Made by a program: the position numbers and the translations under genes | Notes under the pieces: model-generated | Told to the model about the DNA's origin: nothing | What the model saw: only the letters and a program-made list of their open reading frames with translations | Databases searched by the model: none | In this document: piece by piece, positions 61,721 through 64,000 of the stretch | How positions within the stretch are numbered: position 1 is the stretch's first letter | Layout: each line of letters begins with the position of its first letter | Assembly: GCA_964635715.1 (NCBI GenBank) | Contig: CAZWNZ010000001.1 | Location: 10,358 to 74,357, forward strand | DNA length: 64,000 nucleotides | From: an uncultured Gammaproteobacteria bacterium | GTDB lineage: Bacteria > Patescibacteriota > Microgenomatia > UBA8517 | Direction: 5' to 3'

Positions 61721-64000
61721 TTATCTCCAGCTTGCTACCCAGTAGTAACTTTTGTCTAACCAAAGTGGAACTTGGAGTCCTGCCCAGTGTGGATAAAAAT
61801 AAATAAATGACAAAATGCAAATAGGCACAACGAAATACATTGCCTTTGGAAATCGTCTTAGTAAATAACCTATTGCAATACTCATAAATGGTATCGAGGG
61901 AAGATAGTGATAGAAAAACATTATCCTGGGAGATGCTGCCCACGGAGCAAAAAATATTAAATAACTAAATACCACAAAACCAAGCCTTTTATTTTTTTCA
62001 AGATAGGAAAAAACCGCACACAAGCAAATTGAGGCAATCCCAATCCAAAAAACAAAGGGATTACCCATTGCATATATTCGGGAAACCACCCCTCCGATTT
62101 CACTACTTGTGTAAAGATAAATTGGTCGAATCAAAAACGGCCAGGTCCACCATGAAGATGTGTAAGGATGTGTGGCTTCTAAGCCTGTGTGATACCACCA
62201 TATTTGCTTCTGCATGCCCCACCATATAGTCAAATTGTGCCCTGTTGTAAACATCGGTAAGTAGGATAAAAGGTAAATGATAAAAGGTAAAAGTAAAAAC
62301 CAAAGAATTGAGGGATTAAACTTATTTTTTCTTTTAAGCCATAGAACAAAAATTATCGGAGCCGCCCAAAGAGCTGACCACTTGGAAGAAAGTGCCAAAC
62401 CATAAAAAATAGCCGAAAAAAGATCTTTTTGTTTCATGAACATATAGATCGACAGGAGAGAAAAGAAAAGAATGTAGCTATCATTCATACCTATTCTATT
62501 CATAACCAAGGGAAGTCCGTCCAGCGAAAAAACTCCGGCAGAAATAAGACCAACAGTCTCATCTTTAAATATTTTCTTTGCTATTAAATAGATCAAATAA
62601 ACCGACCCTACACCCAAAATGGCGCCCGGGATTCTCCAACCAAATGAATTTTGGCCAAAAATGCTCATTCCAAGAACCATTCCAAGTTTTGCCAATGGCG
62701 GGTGTGTCCACTCATAAGCAAAGCCCTCAGGAGGAGTATTCCACCACTCCCAAGCCTTGGCAGAATCTTCTCCCATCATTGTTACTGCGGTAAAAGCATG
62801 ATAGACCTCGTCAAAATACATTTCCGTAGGACTCCCCAAGTTAAACACACGGACGGCAAAGGCGAAGGCTAAAATCACATAAAGAATGTACTTGGATTTA
62901 ATTTTCGAAAGTTTGATTTCAGGTAAATTGGAAATGTCCTGTGTTCGATCTTCTTTTCTAGAACCTGAAAAAAAGCGATTAATATGTAACCGCATTTTCT
63001 TCCAACCGATCTTGTAATTTTTAAAGATAACAATAAACATATATACCAAAAGTCCCACACCAACTACTTCGATAAATTTGACCAGAAGCTCAGGATAAAC
63101 TTCTACAAAATCATTAACAATCCATTGATAGGAATAAATAAGATTTAACAAATAAATTACTGAATAGCCGGCATAAGGAATAATAAATAAAGGATTTTCG
63201 ATCGTCAAAATTGCCAGAGGCGCAAATACAGGCAAGAGATGTCTTTCATGCATCCTGGTAAAAAACATAAAACTTGCCGCAAACACAAAGGCTATTAGAC
63301 TATAATAATTGATCTTGGTTTTAAATTTTTTAATTATTAAAAGTGCCGTCATTGCCAAAACAAAAATATAACCTCCGAATTGAAAATAAATATTATCCGG
63401 CTTCCAAAAACCAAAAAGTCCCCAGAAATTAAAAGAGTTTACTGAAGTATAAGGATATTGCCCCGCAGAAAGATTTAGGCGGCTAAGTATAAATGGAATT
63501 AAGTCTCCCTTAGCAAAAGGCACAAATCCCAAAATAAACAGAGCCATCCCCACAAAAACATACTGAATCATTTTTGCAAAACTCCATTTATTCTTAATCA
63601 TCATTAACACAATAATAGGCAAAATAAACGCTGCCTGAGGCTTTATTAAAGTTCCAACAGAAAGAATAATTGCAGATAAAATAAAATTACTATTCAGGAA
63701 ATATACTACAGCGACGGATGCAAGTGCGGTTAAAGAGTCTACTTGCCCCCAAAGTGAAGAATTTATAAAAACCGCCGGATTAAAAATATAGATTAAAGAT
63801 CCGATAAATCCCCATTTTTGGTTTTTATTTTTTGCTAAAATTTTATATATCAAATAACCCGTCAAAAGGTCTGCAAAAATTGCCGGTAATTTATAAAGCA
63901 TAACTTGCGGAATAATTCCTAACAGATTCACTTTTTCTAACAACCGAAGAATATATAAATATCCGGGTAGGTAATCGCACCAGGAACTGTAGAAATTTTT
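61721..64000 (-). CDS. very large polytopic membrane glycosyltransferase: N-terminal GT-C-like module fused to a C-terminal PMT/GT39-like module; 5' end beyond window
   Basis: C-terminal half carries PMT-family motifs MYFDEVYHAFTA ... EWTHPPLAKL. More than 20 TM helices. Reading frame stays open to position 64000. Confidence 0.55.
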   Translation of the reverse strand, partial: KNFYSSWCDYLPGYLYILRLLEKVNLLGIIPQVMLYKLPAIFADLLTGYLIYKILAKNKNQKWGFIGSLIYIFNPAVFINSSLWGQVDSLTALASVAVVYFLNSNFILSAIILSVGTLIKPQAAFILPIIVLMMIKNKWSFAKMIQYVFVGMALFILGFVPFAKGDLIPFILSRLNLSAGQYPYTSVNSFNFWGLFGFWKPDNIYFQFGGYIFVLAMTALLIIKKFKTKINYYSLIAFVFAASFMFFTRMHERHLLPVFAPLAILTIENPLFIIPYAGYSVIYLLNLIYSYQWIVNDFVEVYPELLVKFIEVVGVGLLVYMFIVIFKNYKIGWKKMRLHINRFFSGSRKEDRTQDISNLPEIKLSKIKSKYILYVILAFAFAVRVFNLGSPTEMYFDEVYHAFTAVTMMGEDSAKAWEWWNTPPEGFAYEWTHPPLAKLGMVLGMSIFGQNSFGWRIPGAILGVGSVYLIYLIAKKIFKDETVGLISAGVFSLDGLPLVMNRIGMNDSYILFFSLLSIYMFMKQKDLFSAIFYGLALSSKWSALWAAPIIFVLWLKRKNKFNPSILWFLLLPFIIYLLSYLPMFTTGHNLTIWWGMQKQIWWYHTGLEATHPYTSSWWTWPFLIRPIYLYTSSEIGGVVSRIYAMGNPFVFWIGIASICLCAVFSYLEKNKRLGFVVFSYLIFFAPWAASPRIMFFYHYLPSIPFMSIAIGYLLRRFPKAMYFVVPICILSFIYFYPHWAGLQVPLWLDKSYYWVASWR

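Overview
AT-rich bacterial chromosome segment, almost entirely housekeeping genes on the minus strand, with several small accessory insertions. By inference it is a CPR/Patescibacteria-like genome: no L30 between rpsE and rplO, and Lys-rich or acidic low-complexity tails on many proteins. From 5' to 3' of the minus strand the order is rpoB-rpoC-rpsL-rpsG-[insertion]-fusA-tuf-rpsJ-[2.4 kb insertion]-rplC-rplD-rplW-rplB-rpsS-rplV-rpsC-rplP-rpmC-rpsQ-rplN-rplX-rplE-rpsZ-rpsH-rplF-rplR-rpsE-rplO. rplO is C-truncated and the operon stops there; secY, adk, map and infA are absent. Further minus-strand genes follow: mltG, ruvX, a sortase, a PilM-like fusion, alaS, a rodZ-like gene, ftsK, rnj, udg, a Lon-like ATPase, pnp, rpsO, infB, nusA, and the hrcA-grpE-dnaK-dnaJ-nudix operon with a CIRCE site, then murJ. 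The plus strand carries rpsT and a pilN-pilO operon encoding surface proteins with C-terminal LPESG sorting signals. A very large GT39-like membrane glycosyltransferase lies next to that operon.

The most unusual features are:
- Three paralogous TrpR/YerC-like genes, each precisely bracketed by its own dyad-symmetric direct repeat, each sitting where a conserved operon is broken, with one extra orphan palindrome upstream of udg.
- A roughly 95-bp palindromic element inserted twice between ribosomal protein genes.
- A conserved 40-bp palindrome-plus-TATATA element upstream of rpmC, rodZ and pnp.
- A heptanucleotide microsatellite inside rplC.
- An 8-bp tandem duplication that frameshifts a 140-aa ORF.
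- An intrinsic-terminator hairpin placed immediately before the nusA start codon.
- A locus combining a sortase, PilM/N/O, LPESG substrates and a PMT-like glycosyltransferase.
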